A stretch of 64,000 nucleotides of DNA from Burkholderiales bacterium (lineage in GTDB: Bacteria; Pseudomonadota; Gammaproteobacteria; Burkholderiales; Casimicrobiaceae): the NCBI GenBank assembly GCA_020853025.1, contig JADYZP010000009.1:86410-150409 (forward strand), in the 5' to 3' direction. The notes beneath the pieces were generated by a model, which was not told the origin of the DNA, made no database searches, and saw nothing but the letters and a program-made list of their open reading frames with translations. Position 1 is the stretch's first letter; every line of letters begins with the position of its first letter. The translations under genes and the position numbers were made by a program. Below, piece after piece: positions 1 to 9,019 of the stretch.

Positions 1-618
1 GGGATTGGCCAGCGCCAGCAGCAGCATCTGGATGGTCAGGCGATCGGGTGTGGCTTCGGGCTGGTCGGGCGCGATCGGGATCAGGTGGATGTGGCGCTCA
101 CGGGCGAAGGCGTAGACCAGATGCGCGTCGTGCCAGGTGCGCGGCGGAACCGGTGCGTACGACAGGTAGCTGCTGACCAGCACGCGCTGCGTGCATTGCA
201 GGCAGCGATGCACGAGCGCCACCAGCAGCCGCTGACCGCCCAGCGAGATCCTTTTGTCCGCCTCGCTGGCCAGCAGATGCTTGTAGCTGACGGCAAGCTC
301 GCTGGCGAGCGTCAGTGCGGCCTTCGCCGCTTCGAGTGCGTCACCCGTGAGCGGATGCGAAGCGCGGACGAACTGTTTTTCCAGTTGCGCCCATAAGGCG
401 CTTGCGGTCTCCCAGTATTTTTCGGCGAGTTCCAGCCGTTTGCCGGCGCTCATCGCCACCCGGTTGGTCGCGGCCAGCGCGTCGCCGATCAGGCGCGCCG
501 CCTCCGCCGGCGCGCGCCCGGCGACGGCGTCGAGCCACAGGCCCACCTTCACCGGTCGAATTTCCGGTGGATTCGCCGGGCGCGAATCGACCGCAGGCAG
601 CGACAGGGCAAGTGACAT
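1..618 (-). CDS. FimW-like conserved hypothetical protein (3'-truncated at window edge)
   Basis: Hand-translated open frame from ATG at 618 (MSLALSLPAVDSRP...ELAVSYKHLL...SSYLSYAPVPPRTWHDAHLVY...MLLLALANP) runs off the window without a stop, so it is absent from the ORF track. The helical pattern and the 'Y.PVP...W...H.LY' and 'LLLALANP' segments resemble the Pseudomonas FimW family. Confidence 0.6.
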   Translation of the reverse strand, partial: MSLALSLPAVDSRPANPPEIRPVKVGLWLDAVAGRAPAEAARLIGDALAATNRVAMSAGKRLELAEKYWETASALWAQLEKQFVRASHPLTGDALEAAKAALTLASELAVSYKHLLASEADKRISLGGQRLLVALVHRCLQCTQRVLVSSYLSYAPVPPRTWHDAHLVYAFARERHIHLIPIAPDQPEATPDRLTIQMLLLALANP

Positions 619-729
619 GTGCGTTGGCTTAAGGCGGGTAGCGAAAGCGATGGGAACGCGGCGATTGTATGCGAAAGCGCCCGTGGCGCCGGTGCCGTCT
701 GGCGCCTTCAGCGCGCGCAGCCGAAGCCG

Positions 730-1593
730 TCAGCGCGCATCGCGCAGGAAGGCGATGACCGGCGCGTACTGGTCGGCTGAAAGCAGCATCGGCGCGTGGC
801 CCACACCAGGGATATCGACGACCTGTGCCTTGGGACCGCGCGACGCCATCGCCGCGGCGGTTGCCGGCGACAGGAGGTCCGATTCGGCGCCACGCAGCAC
901 CAGCACCGGGCAACCGATGGCGTCCCAGACCGGCCACAAGTCGGGCGGCGCCGGGACCGTGCGAAACGGCACGGCGATACCGGGGTCGTACGTCAGGCCA
1001 AAGCGGCCGCCTTCGCGCTGCGCGACGCTGGTTTGCGTCAGGTGCTCCCACTGCGCATCGGTCAAGGCGCCGAACGGAGCCGAGACCGTACGGATGTAAG
1101 TCTCGGCTTCGTCGTAGGAAGCGAAGGTGGGGTCCCGCCCCACGTAATCGCCAATGCGCGCCAGCGCCTCGGGTTCGATCTGTGGTCCCGCATCGTTGAC
1201 GACCAGTCGCGCCACCGGCGTCCCGGGCTGCGCCGCCATCACCATGCCGAGCAGCCCGCCCAGAGACGTGCCGACCCAGCCCACGCTTTCTGCGTCGCTG
1301 CGCGCGATCAACGCCGTGAGCGTGGCGAGGTAGGTCGGAAAGACGTAGTCGTTGGCGTCGACCAGCCAGGCGCTGGCACCGCGCCCGGGCAGGTCGACGG
1401 CGAGCACGCGGTGCGTGGGCGACAGCGCCTCGCCGAGTACGTCGAAGTCACGGCCGTTGCGCGACAGGCCGTGCACGCAGATCACGACGCGGTCGTTGGT
1501 CGGGTCGCCCCACTCGTGGTAGCGCACGCGATGGAAGCCGTGCGGCGACAGGCTGTCGAAATGGCGTGTGCGCGGCGCGGACTGGGTCAGCAT
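730..1593 (-). CDS. Alpha/beta fold hydrolase
   Basis: HGLSRNGRDF oxyanion region, GTSLGG nucleophile elbow, C-terminal GHAP His. Start trimmed to ATG 1593 (MLTQSAP). Confidence 0.9.
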   Translation of the reverse strand: MLTQSAPRTRHFDSLSPHGFHRVRYHEWGDPTNDRVVICVHGLSRNGRDFDVLGEALSPTHRVLAVDLPGRGASAWLVDANDYVFPTYLATLTALIARSDAESVGWVGTSLGGLLGMVMAAQPGTPVARLVVNDAGPQIEPEALARIGDYVGRDPTFASYDEAETYIRTVSAPFGALTDAQWEHLTQTSVAQREGGRFGLTYDPGIAVPFRTVPAPPDLWPVWDAIGCPVLVLRGAESDLLSPATAAAMASRGPKAQVVDIPGVGHAPMLLSADQYAPVIAFLRDAR

Positions 1594-1708
1594 TCGGAAC
1601 TCGTTGCGAGCGTGGCGATGAAGCGTCGATTGTGCCATCGGCGGACGCTGGCGGGGTACGGCCTGATCGTGCGACACTCTCAGGCTCGTCAACGATTGCG
1701 CCGCCGCC

Positions 1709-2050
1709 ATGCCCCGCATCCTGCTCGCCATCGCCCTTGTTGCGCTGTTCGGCGCCGGCTGTGCGCCGGAGGCGATGAACAATCGCGCGGCCACCGGTTT
1801 CGACGGCTTCGTCAACAAGATTTCGCGTGTCTGTGCGCCGATTTCGCTGGGCCGCTACTCGATGTCCAGTCCGCTGATGGGAGGTGCTGGCGACGGCTCC
1901 TACGACTACTGGCTCGACCAGACTTCCAGGCTGTATTACCAGAGGATATCGCCCGCCCAGTATCGCGAAAGCCTGAACGCCTTCTTCGGCGCGGGCAATG
2001 GCGGCACCATCGACTGCATCGTCGGCAATCTGCCGCCCGGCCCGAGCTGA
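1709..2050 (+). CDS. Hypothetical lipoprotein
   Basis: Hydrophobic signal ending in lipobox-like GAGC; non-repetitive composition with an additional Cys pair. Confidence 0.65.
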   Translation: MPRILLAIALVALFGAGCAPEAMNNRAATGFDGFVNKISRVCAPISLGRYSMSSPLMGGAGDGSYDYWLDQTSRLYYQRISPAQYRESLNAFFGAGNGGTIDCIVGNLPPGPS

Positions 2051-2094
2051 CGGAATAACGCGGCCAGCAGCAGCGCGGGCGCCGCCGCAGCGAA

Positions 2095-2724
2095 CTACGG
2101 TGCTGCGCGCAGCGTGCGGTCGAGGATCATCAGCATCGCCGCCGTCGCGCCCCAGATATAGCGTTCGCGGTAGGGGATCGCCCAGAAATCGCGGCGCATC
2201 GCACCCAGCATCCGGTAGTGCTTCTGCTGGTTCAACGGATCGAGCAGGAACGAAAGCGGTACTTCGAACATATCGGCAACTTCGACAGGATCTGGCGTCA
2301 AGGCGATTGGCGGCTCGATCCAGCCGACGACGGGCGTCACCCGATAGCCGGTGACCGTTTCGTAGGGAGCCAGCTCGCCAAGGATGGCGACGCGCTCGGA
2401 AGACAGGCCGACTTCCTCGGTCGCCTCGCGCAGCGCCGCCTGCGCTAGCGAACGATCCTCGGGTTTCATGCGGCCGCCCGGAAAGCAGATCTGGCCGGGG
2501 TGATCGGGCAGGTCCGCGCTGCGCTGCGTGAGCAGCATCGTCAGGCCCGTGGGCCGGTTGATCATCGGCACCAGCACGGCGGCCGGCCTGACCGGTCCTT
2601 CGCGCCCCGGCAGCCGGAATCCGTCGCTCAATCCGCGCGCGTCCGTCGGCACCGGCCGCGCCAGGCGTTGCGCGATCCAGTCCTTCTGGTCGGGAAGCGG
2701 CAGTGAGAAAAGCGGCAGCGACAT
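2095..2724 (-). CDS. Nudix hydrolase, CoA pyrophosphatase (NudL/PCD1-like)
   Basis: AAVLVP, LLTQRS..L..HPGQICFPGG and Nudix box AALREATEEVG; IWGATA near C-terminus. Start trimmed to ATG 2724. Confidence 0.9.
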   Translation of the reverse strand: MSLPLFSLPLPDQKDWIAQRLARPVPTDARGLSDGFRLPGREGPVRPAAVLVPMINRPTGLTMLLTQRSADLPDHPGQICFPGGRMKPEDRSLAQAALREATEEVGLSSERVAILGELAPYETVTGYRVTPVVGWIEPPIALTPDPVEVADMFEVPLSFLLDPLNQQKHYRMLGAMRRDFWAIPYRERYIWGATAAMLMILDRTLRAAP

Positions 2725-2904
2725 TGCAGATGCAAGGGCGGCGCAACCGCGCCGAAATGCGATTGATTGTACCGCCACGGCACGAACCTGCACGCCGGAT
2801 ATCGGGATGCTGGAAGCGCGATCTACGGCATCGTGCGCGACGCTGCTAACATGGTGCTGCGAAACGGCGACGGACAACGCCAGCGAACAGGCGAGCGCGA
2901 TCAT

Positions 2905-3303
2905 ATGCACGACCTGAAACATTGGAGCACGGCGAAAGGGATCAGCCGCTACGACCCCGAAGGCGAGGTTACGCTGGTCGAAGGCGTCGAACTCGTCACC
3001 GCCGCGATCGCCTATGCGCGCACGCAGGGAATTACGCGGCTGCTCGTCGATGTTCGGCGGTTGCACGGTTACACGACGCCGGAGCTGGCGGATCGGTTCT
3101 GGATGGCGCAGGATTTTGCGCATGCGGCGCAGGGCGCCGTCACGCTGGCGATCGTCGCTTGGGCCGAGCACATCCACCCCGGTAAGTTCGGCATCAACGC
3201 GGCCCGTGACGCCGGCTTGAATTGCGATGTCTTCACATCGGAAGTGGAAGCCAGCGACTGGTTGGCGAGCGACGCCGTGAAACTGAATACGGCCGCCTAT
3301 TGA
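2905..3303 (+). CDS. Hypothetical protein, STAS/SEC14 (SpoIIAA-like) fold candidate
   Basis: 'RLLVDVRRL' strand and 'FTSEVEASDWL' end resemble SpoIIAA-like proteins; start at ATG 2905. Confidence 0.5.
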   Translation: MHDLKHWSTAKGISRYDPEGEVTLVEGVELVTAAIAYARTQGITRLLVDVRRLHGYTTPELADRFWMAQDFAHAAQGAVTLAIVAWAEHIHPGKFGINAARDAGLNCDVFTSEVEASDWLASDAVKLNTAAY

Positions 3304-3325
3304 AGCCGGCTCTCGGGCGCTGCCG

Positions 3326-3817
3326 GTGATGGACGCGTGGATCGCGTCGTTGCTCGCCGCGCTGGCACTGCCGAAGGTCGGGCTGAGCACGGTCTTCGTC
3401 GTTTCCTTCGTGTCGGCGACGCTGCTGCCGATCGGCTCGGAGCCCGCGGTTTTCGGGCTGGTCAAGCTCAACCCGGAGCTGTTCTGGCCGGCGGTGCTGG
3501 TCGCTACCGCCGGCAATACCGCCGGCGGCGCGTTGACCTGGTGGATGGGCTGCGGCGCCGAGCGCCTCTACGAGCGCGTGACCGACAACCCGCGTGCCGC
3601 GCATCCGCGCGCGCTGCGCTGGCTCGAGCGCTTCGGCGCCCCCGCCTGCCTGCTGTCGTGGCTGCCGCTCGTCGGCGACCCGCTGTGCGCGGTGGCCGGA
3701 TGGCTGCGGCTTCCCTTCTGGCCATGCGTGCTGTACATGGCGATCGGCAAGTTCGCACGCTATGTGACCATGACGGCGGCGCTGCTCTGGGTATTTCCGG
3801 GCGTCTACGCTGCGTAG
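3326..3817 (+). CDS. YqaA-family (DedA/SNARE-associated) membrane protein
   Basis: SFVSATLLPIGSE, ATAGNTAGG and LLSWLPLVGDPLCAVAGWLR motifs. Confidence 0.9.
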   Translation: MMDAWIASLLAALALPKVGLSTVFVVSFVSATLLPIGSEPAVFGLVKLNPELFWPAVLVATAGNTAGGALTWWMGCGAERLYERVTDNPRAAHPRALRWLERFGAPACLLSWLPLVGDPLCAVAGWLRLPFWPCVLYMAIGKFARYVTMTAALLWVFPGVYAA

Positions 3818-3863
3818 CGCAACTCGCGGCGGCGAGCAGCCGATGCGGCTTTGCCGGCGCTGC

Positions 3864-4787
3864 CTAGTGCGCCGGCGGCGCCGGCGCGATCCGGTCGAGC
3901 GCCACGTCCTCGTAGGACGCGGGGTCCTCGCGCGGCTCGAGGTGCGTTTCTATGGTCGTGCCGGGAATTGCCGCGGCGATCTCCAGTTCCAGGCGCTCGA
4001 CCAGATCGTGCCCGCGCTTGACGGTCCAGTTGCCGGGCACCAGCACGTGCATCGACACGAAGGAGCGTCCGGCCGAGACGCGCGTTCGAATCGCGTGAAA
4101 CTCGATGCGGTCGCCGCGATAGCGGTCGAGAATCGCCGCGATACGCTGCATTCGTTCAGGCGGCAATGCCTGGTCCATCAAGCCGGAGGCGCTGCGCCGC
4201 AGCAGGGAGACACCGGTGAAGACGATATTCGCGGCAACCAGCAACGCGATGCTCGGATCGAGCCATGACCAACCGGTGAAACCGACGGCCAGCACGGCGA
4301 CCACAACGCCGACCGAAGTCCACACATCGGTCATCAGGTGCTGCGCGTCGGCTTCCAGCGCGATCGAATCGTGGCGCCGCGCCGCGCCCAGCAGCAACCG
4401 GGCGACGATGAGGTTGATCGCAGTGGCGACGATCGACACCACGACGCCGAGGTCGATCCGCTCGATGGGCTGCGGATGCAGCAGGCGGTCGACGGCCGCC
4501 CAGCCGATAGCGAATGCCGCAACGAGGATCAGAGCACCCTCGAAAGCGCTGGAGAAGTACTCGGCCTTCGAATAGCCGTAGGTGTAGCGCTCGTCCGGAG
4601 GCCTCGCGGACAGATAGAGCAGCCACAAGGTCGCGGCGGCGGCGACCACGTTGACAATCGACTCCAGGGCGTCGGAGAGCATTCCGACCGAGCCGGTGAG
4701 GTGCCAGGCGAGGAGTTTGAGGGAAATCGTGGCGATCGCCGCGACCAGCGAAAGCAGCGCGAAGCGGGTCAGGTGCGTACGGTCCAC
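3864..4787 (-). CDS. Cation diffusion facilitator (FieF-like) transporter
   Basis: GSVGMLSDALES, PPD..YTYGYSKAEY, ADAQHLMTDVWTS and C-terminal THLEP. Start trimmed to GTG 4787. Confidence 0.9.
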   Translation of the reverse strand: MDRTHLTRFALLSLVAAIATISLKLLAWHLTGSVGMLSDALESIVNVVAAAATLWLLYLSARPPDERYTYGYSKAEYFSSAFEGALILVAAFAIGWAAVDRLLHPQPIERIDLGVVVSIVATAINLIVARLLLGAARRHDSIALEADAQHLMTDVWTSVGVVVAVLAVGFTGWSWLDPSIALLVAANIVFTGVSLLRRSASGLMDQALPPERMQRIAAILDRYRGDRIEFHAIRTRVSAGRSFVSMHVLVPGNWTVKRGHDLVERLELEIAAAIPGTTIETHLEPREDPASYEDVALDRIAPAPPAH

Positions 4788-5085
4788 GTGTTTCTTGCCT
4801 TCTCGCAATCTTAACCCGCGCGTCGGAACCGGCTGCCACAGGCCGGTAGAAGCAGGCGCAGGATCATGAAGGAGTTGCCGATGCCCCCGGAACCGACGTG
4901 TGGCATACGCTGTCCATTGCCGCGCTGGAGGAGCGGCTGGCGGCGACCGCATCGGGGCTGACGGCAAGCGAGGCGGCGAGAAGGCTCGCCGAGCGCGGTC
5001 GGAACGAACTCACGGCCAGGCGGCGCGCCGCTCGCGTTCTCGGCAACTGACCGCTACTGCCATTGCGGCTCCGTATAATCCACCC

Positions 5086-5454
5086 GTGACCAAGACCGGC
5101 CTCATCCTGTTCGCGCACGGCGCACGCGATCCGCGCTGGGTGGAACCCTTCGAGAGGTTGAAACTCAAGGTTGGGGCCGCGCGGCCGGACGTGCAGGTCG
5201 CACTGGCGTTCCTCGATATCATGGCGCCGAACCTGCCGACGGCGGCCGATGCGCTGGTTACCGGTGGCTGCCAGGCACTGCGTATCATCCCGGTGTTCCT
5301 GGGGCAGGGCGGGCACGTGCGCGACGACATACCGGCGCTCATTGCCGCCATCGCGGCGCGTCATCCCGCCGTAGCGGTCGAGGTGCTCTGCGCTGTCGGT
5401 GAAGACGACGCCGTGCTGCAGCGGATCGCCGAGGTAAGTGTCGCGGGTCTATGA
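5086..5454 (+). CDS. CbiX/SirB-family sirohydrochlorin chelatase (short form)
   Basis: LILFAHGARDPRW, AFLDIMAP and PVFLGQGGHVRDDIP motifs; GTG start 5086. Confidence 0.85.
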   Translation: MTKTGLILFAHGARDPRWVEPFERLKLKVGAARPDVQVALAFLDIMAPNLPTAADALVTGGCQALRIIPVFLGQGGHVRDDIPALIAAIAARHPAVAVEVLCAVGEDDAVLQRIAEVSVAGL

Positions 5455-6398
5455 TGCACGTCTTTTGACCGGGGTACGAGCCCGCGCACCTCGACGCGCA
5501 CATGGTCGATGAACGCCTTGGCGGCGCACGACAATTGGCGGCCGACCGGGTAGACGAAGTGCCAGTGCCGCTCGAGCGGAAAGCCGATGACGTCGAGCGC
5601 GACCAGCGAATTCCGTTCGGACGCCAGCGACAGCACATCGCGGTGCAGGACTGCGACACCCAGACCCGCGAGCACCGCCTGCCTGATGGCGCCGTCGCTT
5701 TCGACTTCCATGTGCACCTTCGGTGCGAGCCCCGCGCGCTCGAAGAGCCGCAGCGCGGCGTCACGGGTTCCTGAACCCGGCTCGCGCAGCAGCAGCGGCC
5801 GCTGCGCAAGGCGCGCGAGTGGGATGTCGCGCACCTTCGCCAGCGGATCGTCGGCACGGGCGAGCACGACCAGCGGATTGGCGACGATCGCCTGGCGCAC
5901 GATTTCGCGCTCCTCCGGCGGATGCGTGAAGACGTACAGGTCGTCCTCGTTGCCGACGAGGCGTTCGACCAGCTGGCTACGATTCCGAATGCGCAGCACG
6001 ACCTCGATGCTCGGATGCACGCGGCTGAATCCGGCGAGCATGCGCGGGACGAACGATTCGCAGGCACTCCCCGCGGCTACGTGCAGTCGGCCCGTCTCCA
6101 GCACCGAGAGTTCGGACAGCGCGTCGTCCAGACGGCCGAACACGCGGAAGATCTCCTCGCAGTGCGCGTAGGCCCGTCGGCCGGGTTCCGTGAGAAAGAT
6201 CCGCTTGCCGACCTGCTCGAACAGCGGTGTCCCGAGCGTTTCGGTGAGTTTGCCGATTTGCGCCGACACCGTCGGTTGAGCAAGATGCAGTTCCTGCGCG
6301 GCGCGCGTGAAGCTGCCAAGGCGCGCACTGGCCTCGAAAACCGCGAGTTGCGGCAGCGTTCCGTGACGCAGATAGTGGCGGATTCGCGATTGCGGCAT
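5361..6398 (-). CDS. LysR-family regulator, CbbR/CmpR-like
   Basis: HTH 'QLAVFEASARLGSFTRAAQELHLAQPTVSAQI'; 'LLREPGSGTR' in the effector domain; RBS AGGAGAG before ATG 6398. Confidence 0.9.
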   Translation of the reverse strand: MPQSRIRHYLRHGTLPQLAVFEASARLGSFTRAAQELHLAQPTVSAQIGKLTETLGTPLFEQVGKRIFLTEPGRRAYAHCEEIFRVFGRLDDALSELSVLETGRLHVAAGSACESFVPRMLAGFSRVHPSIEVVLRIRNRSQLVERLVGNEDDLYVFTHPPEEREIVRQAIVANPLVVLARADDPLAKVRDIPLARLAQRPLLLREPGSGTRDAALRLFERAGLAPKVHMEVESDGAIRQAVLAGLGVAVLHRDVLSLASERNSLVALDVIGFPLERHWHFVYPVGRQLSCAAKAFIDHVRVEVRGLVPRSKDVHHRPATLTSAIRCSTASSSPTAQSTSTATAG

Positions 6399-6500
6399 GA
6401 CGGACTCTCCTGGCTGACGCCAAGACCGCCCATGCACGATGGCACGACGGCCTTCGCCTGGTTGGCAAAGGCCTCGACATGGCTAGCCTTTGCCGTTCGG

Positions 6501-6615
6501 CAAAGGTCTTGCTGGCGCGAAGCTGCGTTGCGCCGACGCGACCGGGGTCGGATCCGACCCGTATTGACGACCGCGTCGCGGCAGCATTGGCTGCTGCCGC
6601 AGCTACTCCCCTTTG
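6501..6615 (-). ncRNA. yybP-ykoY (Mn2+-sensing) riboswitch aptamer
   Basis: Minus strand reads CAAAGGGGAGUAGCU...GUCGUCAAUAC...GCAAGACCUUUG: the conserved GGGGAGUAG start, the CAAUAC loop motif, the GC(A/G)AGACC end, and a P1 of CAAAGG/CCUUUG. Confidence 0.88.
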
Positions 6616-6662
6616 TACTTCACCCTTTCAGGGATACCCGAAACTCGATCGGGCACGGAGAC

Positions 6663-6691
6663 TGTATAGCACTGGCGGCGGCTCGAAGCAA
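6663..6691 (-). promoter_or_regulatory. Sigma70-like promoter for the riboswitch-lysR transcript
   Basis: Minus strand TTGCTT (6691-6686), 17-nt spacer, TATACA (6668-6663), about 48 nt upstream of the aptamer. Confidence 0.6.
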
Positions 6692-6837
6692 TAGGTATCC
6701 GACTTGGGTGATCCACGGAAGCCAGTCGCGGCATTGGTCGCGTTTCCTGATCGTATGCATCAGCAATTTCGAATATCGCTCTTTCGATTCAGCGTTCATA
6801 CTCGCCCCGCGACTTCCCACCGGCAAACGAGGGCACG

Positions 6838-8109
6838 ATGGATCTCTGGTCGATGCAGTTTCTTTCCGCACTGATGGCGATCATCGTCATCGACCTGGTG
6901 CTGGCCGGAGACAACGCCATCGTCATCGCGCTTGCCGCGCGCAACGTCCCCAGGCATCTGCAGCGGCGCGCCATCGTCTGGGGTACCGTCGGCGCAATCG
7001 TCGTCCGCACGACGATGACGCTGATCGTCGTCTGGCTGCTGAAGGTGCCGGGCCTGCTCTTCGCCGGCGGCGCGTTGCTGATATGGATCGCCTACAAGCT
7101 GCTGCTGCCGGAGGAGGGCGGCGAGTATGGCGACAAGGTCAAGGGCGCCGATAGCTTCTGGGGCGCGATCCGTACCGTCGTCGTCGCGGACACGGTGATG
7201 GGCCTGGACAACGTGCTCGCGGTCGCCGGTGCAGCGCATGGCAACTTTCTGCTCGTTGTTCTCGGCCTGCTGATCAGCATCCCGATCGTCATCTGGGGCA
7301 GCACGCTGCTGTTGCGCTTCGTCGAGCGCTATCCTGCCTTCGTCTATCTTGGCTCCGGCGTACTGGCGTTGACCGCCGTCAAGATGATGACCGCGGAACC
7401 CATGCTGGCAGAGTATTTTTCCGCGCACCGGCCTATCGTTGCGATCCTCTACGTCGTCGTGGTGGTCGGCGTGCTCTGGGCCGGATTCGTCAAGAATCAC
7501 CGCAAGCTCGAATCGAGGATCACCGCGCGCATCGCAAGGTTCTCGCGGCAGAATCCATCCGCAACGCCCGAACCCGAAATCGCTCCCGGAGAAAGCATCA
7601 TGCTCAAGGTCCTGGTTCCCGTCGACCGTTCGCCGAACGCCGTCCATGCACTGCGCCACGTCATCGGCGAGTTTCGCAAGAGCCCCGACTTCGAGGTGCA
7701 CCTCTTAAACGTGCAGGCGCCATTCTCGCGATACGTTTCCCGGTTCGTCGCCAAGAAGGACCGCGACAGCTATCACCGCGAACAGTCCGACAAGGTGCTG
7801 GTGCCGTTGCGCAGGATGCTCGATACCGCGGGCGTTCCGCACGCCGTGCATGTCAAGATCGGCGCCAAGGCGAAAACGATCGCCGACGAGGCGCGGCGCC
7901 TCAAATGCGACCACATCGTGCTCGCCACCGCGCGCAAGAATTCGCTGACGCGGATGGTCGAGGCGTCGGTCACCAACAAAGTGCTCGACCTGACCTCGGT
8001 TCCGGTCGCGGTCGTCGTCGGCGACTCGGTGTCGAAGCTCGAGCGCTACGGCATTCCGGCTGGCATCGGCGCGGCGCTGGGCGCTCTGGCGCTGCTGGCG
8101 ATCGACTAG
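6838..8109 (+). CDS. TerC-family (YjbE subfamily) membrane protein fused in frame to a universal stress protein domain
   Basis: IDLVLAGDNAIVIALAARN and ADTVMGLDNVLAVAGAA (TerC/YjbE); from ATG 7600 MLKVLVPVDRS...DHIVLATARKNSL...SVTNKVL (USP) with a hydrophobic C-terminal tail. Confidence 0.88.
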   Translation: MDLWSMQFLSALMAIIVIDLVLAGDNAIVIALAARNVPRHLQRRAIVWGTVGAIVVRTTMTLIVVWLLKVPGLLFAGGALLIWIAYKLLLPEEGGEYGDKVKGADSFWGAIRTVVVADTVMGLDNVLAVAGAAHGNFLLVVLGLLISIPIVIWGSTLLLRFVERYPAFVYLGSGVLALTAVKMMTAEPMLAEYFSAHRPIVAILYVVVVVGVLWAGFVKNHRKLESRITARIARFSRQNPSATPEPEIAPGESIMLKVLVPVDRSPNAVHALRHVIGEFRKSPDFEVHLLNVQAPFSRYVSRFVAKKDRDSYHREQSDKVLVPLRRMLDTAGVPHAVHVKIGAKAKTIADEARRLKCDHIVLATARKNSLTRMVEASVTNKVLDLTSVPVAVVVGDSVSKLERYGIPAGIGAALGALALLAID

Positions 8110-8957
8110 CGCGAACAGCATCCCGGCGCGCAACACGACGCAGGCTTGGTGGCGCGGATGAACGCACTGACGAACTTGCCATCGATTTCGTTCGCGATGG
8201 CGTCGACATCGAGTCCTTCCGCCGCCAGGAAGGTGTGCGCGTCCTCGACCCCGTAGACGCGCGTGACTTCGACATCGATGCCGGCGAAGCCGGCCTGCAC
8301 CAGCTTGCTTCGGTAGTCGTCTTCGGAAAGCGCGCCGGCGATGCAGCCGACCCAGAGCTCCATGCTCTTCCGGATCGCCGCCGGCACTTCTGCGCGGACG
8401 ACGACATCCGACACAGCCAGCCGTCCTCCGGGCTTGAGAACGCGGAACGCTTCGCGCAGCACCCGGTCCTTGTCCCCCGACAGATTGATCACGCAGTTCG
8501 AGATGATCACGTCCACCGCGCTGTCGGGCAGCGGGATATTCTCGATTTCGCCCTTCAGGAATTCGACGTTGGCCAATCCGCTCTCCCGCTTGTTCTCTTC
8601 GGCCAGCGCCAGCATTTCGTCGGTCATGTCGAGGCCAAAGGCTTTGCCTGTGGGCCCGACACGACGCGCGGACAGGATCACGTCGATGCCGCCGCCTGAT
8701 CCGAGGTCCAGAACCGTCTCGCCCGCCTTCAATTCGGCCAACGCAGTCGGGTTGCCGCAGCCGAGCGACGCCTGCATCGCGGCGTTAGGTACTTCGCCGG
8801 CCTGGCCGGCGTCGTACAGATTGGACGTGATCGGGTCGCAGCAGCTCGCGAGGCTCGGAGCGGTCCCGCAGCAGCGGGACTTGCCGGCTTGAACTTGCGA
8901 CGCGGCCTGTCCGTATTTTCCGCGGACGATTTCCTTCAGATCACTGGTAGTAGACAT
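8106..8957 (-). CDS. arsM: Arsenite S-adenosylmethionine methyltransferase
   Basis: SLGCGNP, VLDLGSGGGID, IISNCVINL and WVGCIAGA; Cys pairs at both termini; in ars operon. Confidence 0.92.
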   Translation of the reverse strand: MSTTSDLKEIVRGKYGQAASQVQAGKSRCCGTAPSLASCCDPITSNLYDAGQAGEVPNAAMQASLGCGNPTALAELKAGETVLDLGSGGGIDVILSARRVGPTGKAFGLDMTDEMLALAEENKRESGLANVEFLKGEIENIPLPDSAVDVIISNCVINLSGDKDRVLREAFRVLKPGGRLAVSDVVVRAEVPAAIRKSMELWVGCIAGALSEDDYRSKLVQAGFAGIDVEVTRVYGVEDAHTFLAAEGLDVDAIANEIDGKFVSAFIRATKPASCCAPGCCSR

Positions 8958-9019
8958 CGATCAATCCTCGATTGGGGAAACGGCGATGGTGCGCACGACT
9001 TCGGCGGCAACCGGCGAAC

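Noticed and set aside
6745-6790. Possible LysR T-N11-A box (TATGCATCAGCAA) upstream of terC
   Set aside because: The motif is too degenerate to assert; position is suggestive only.
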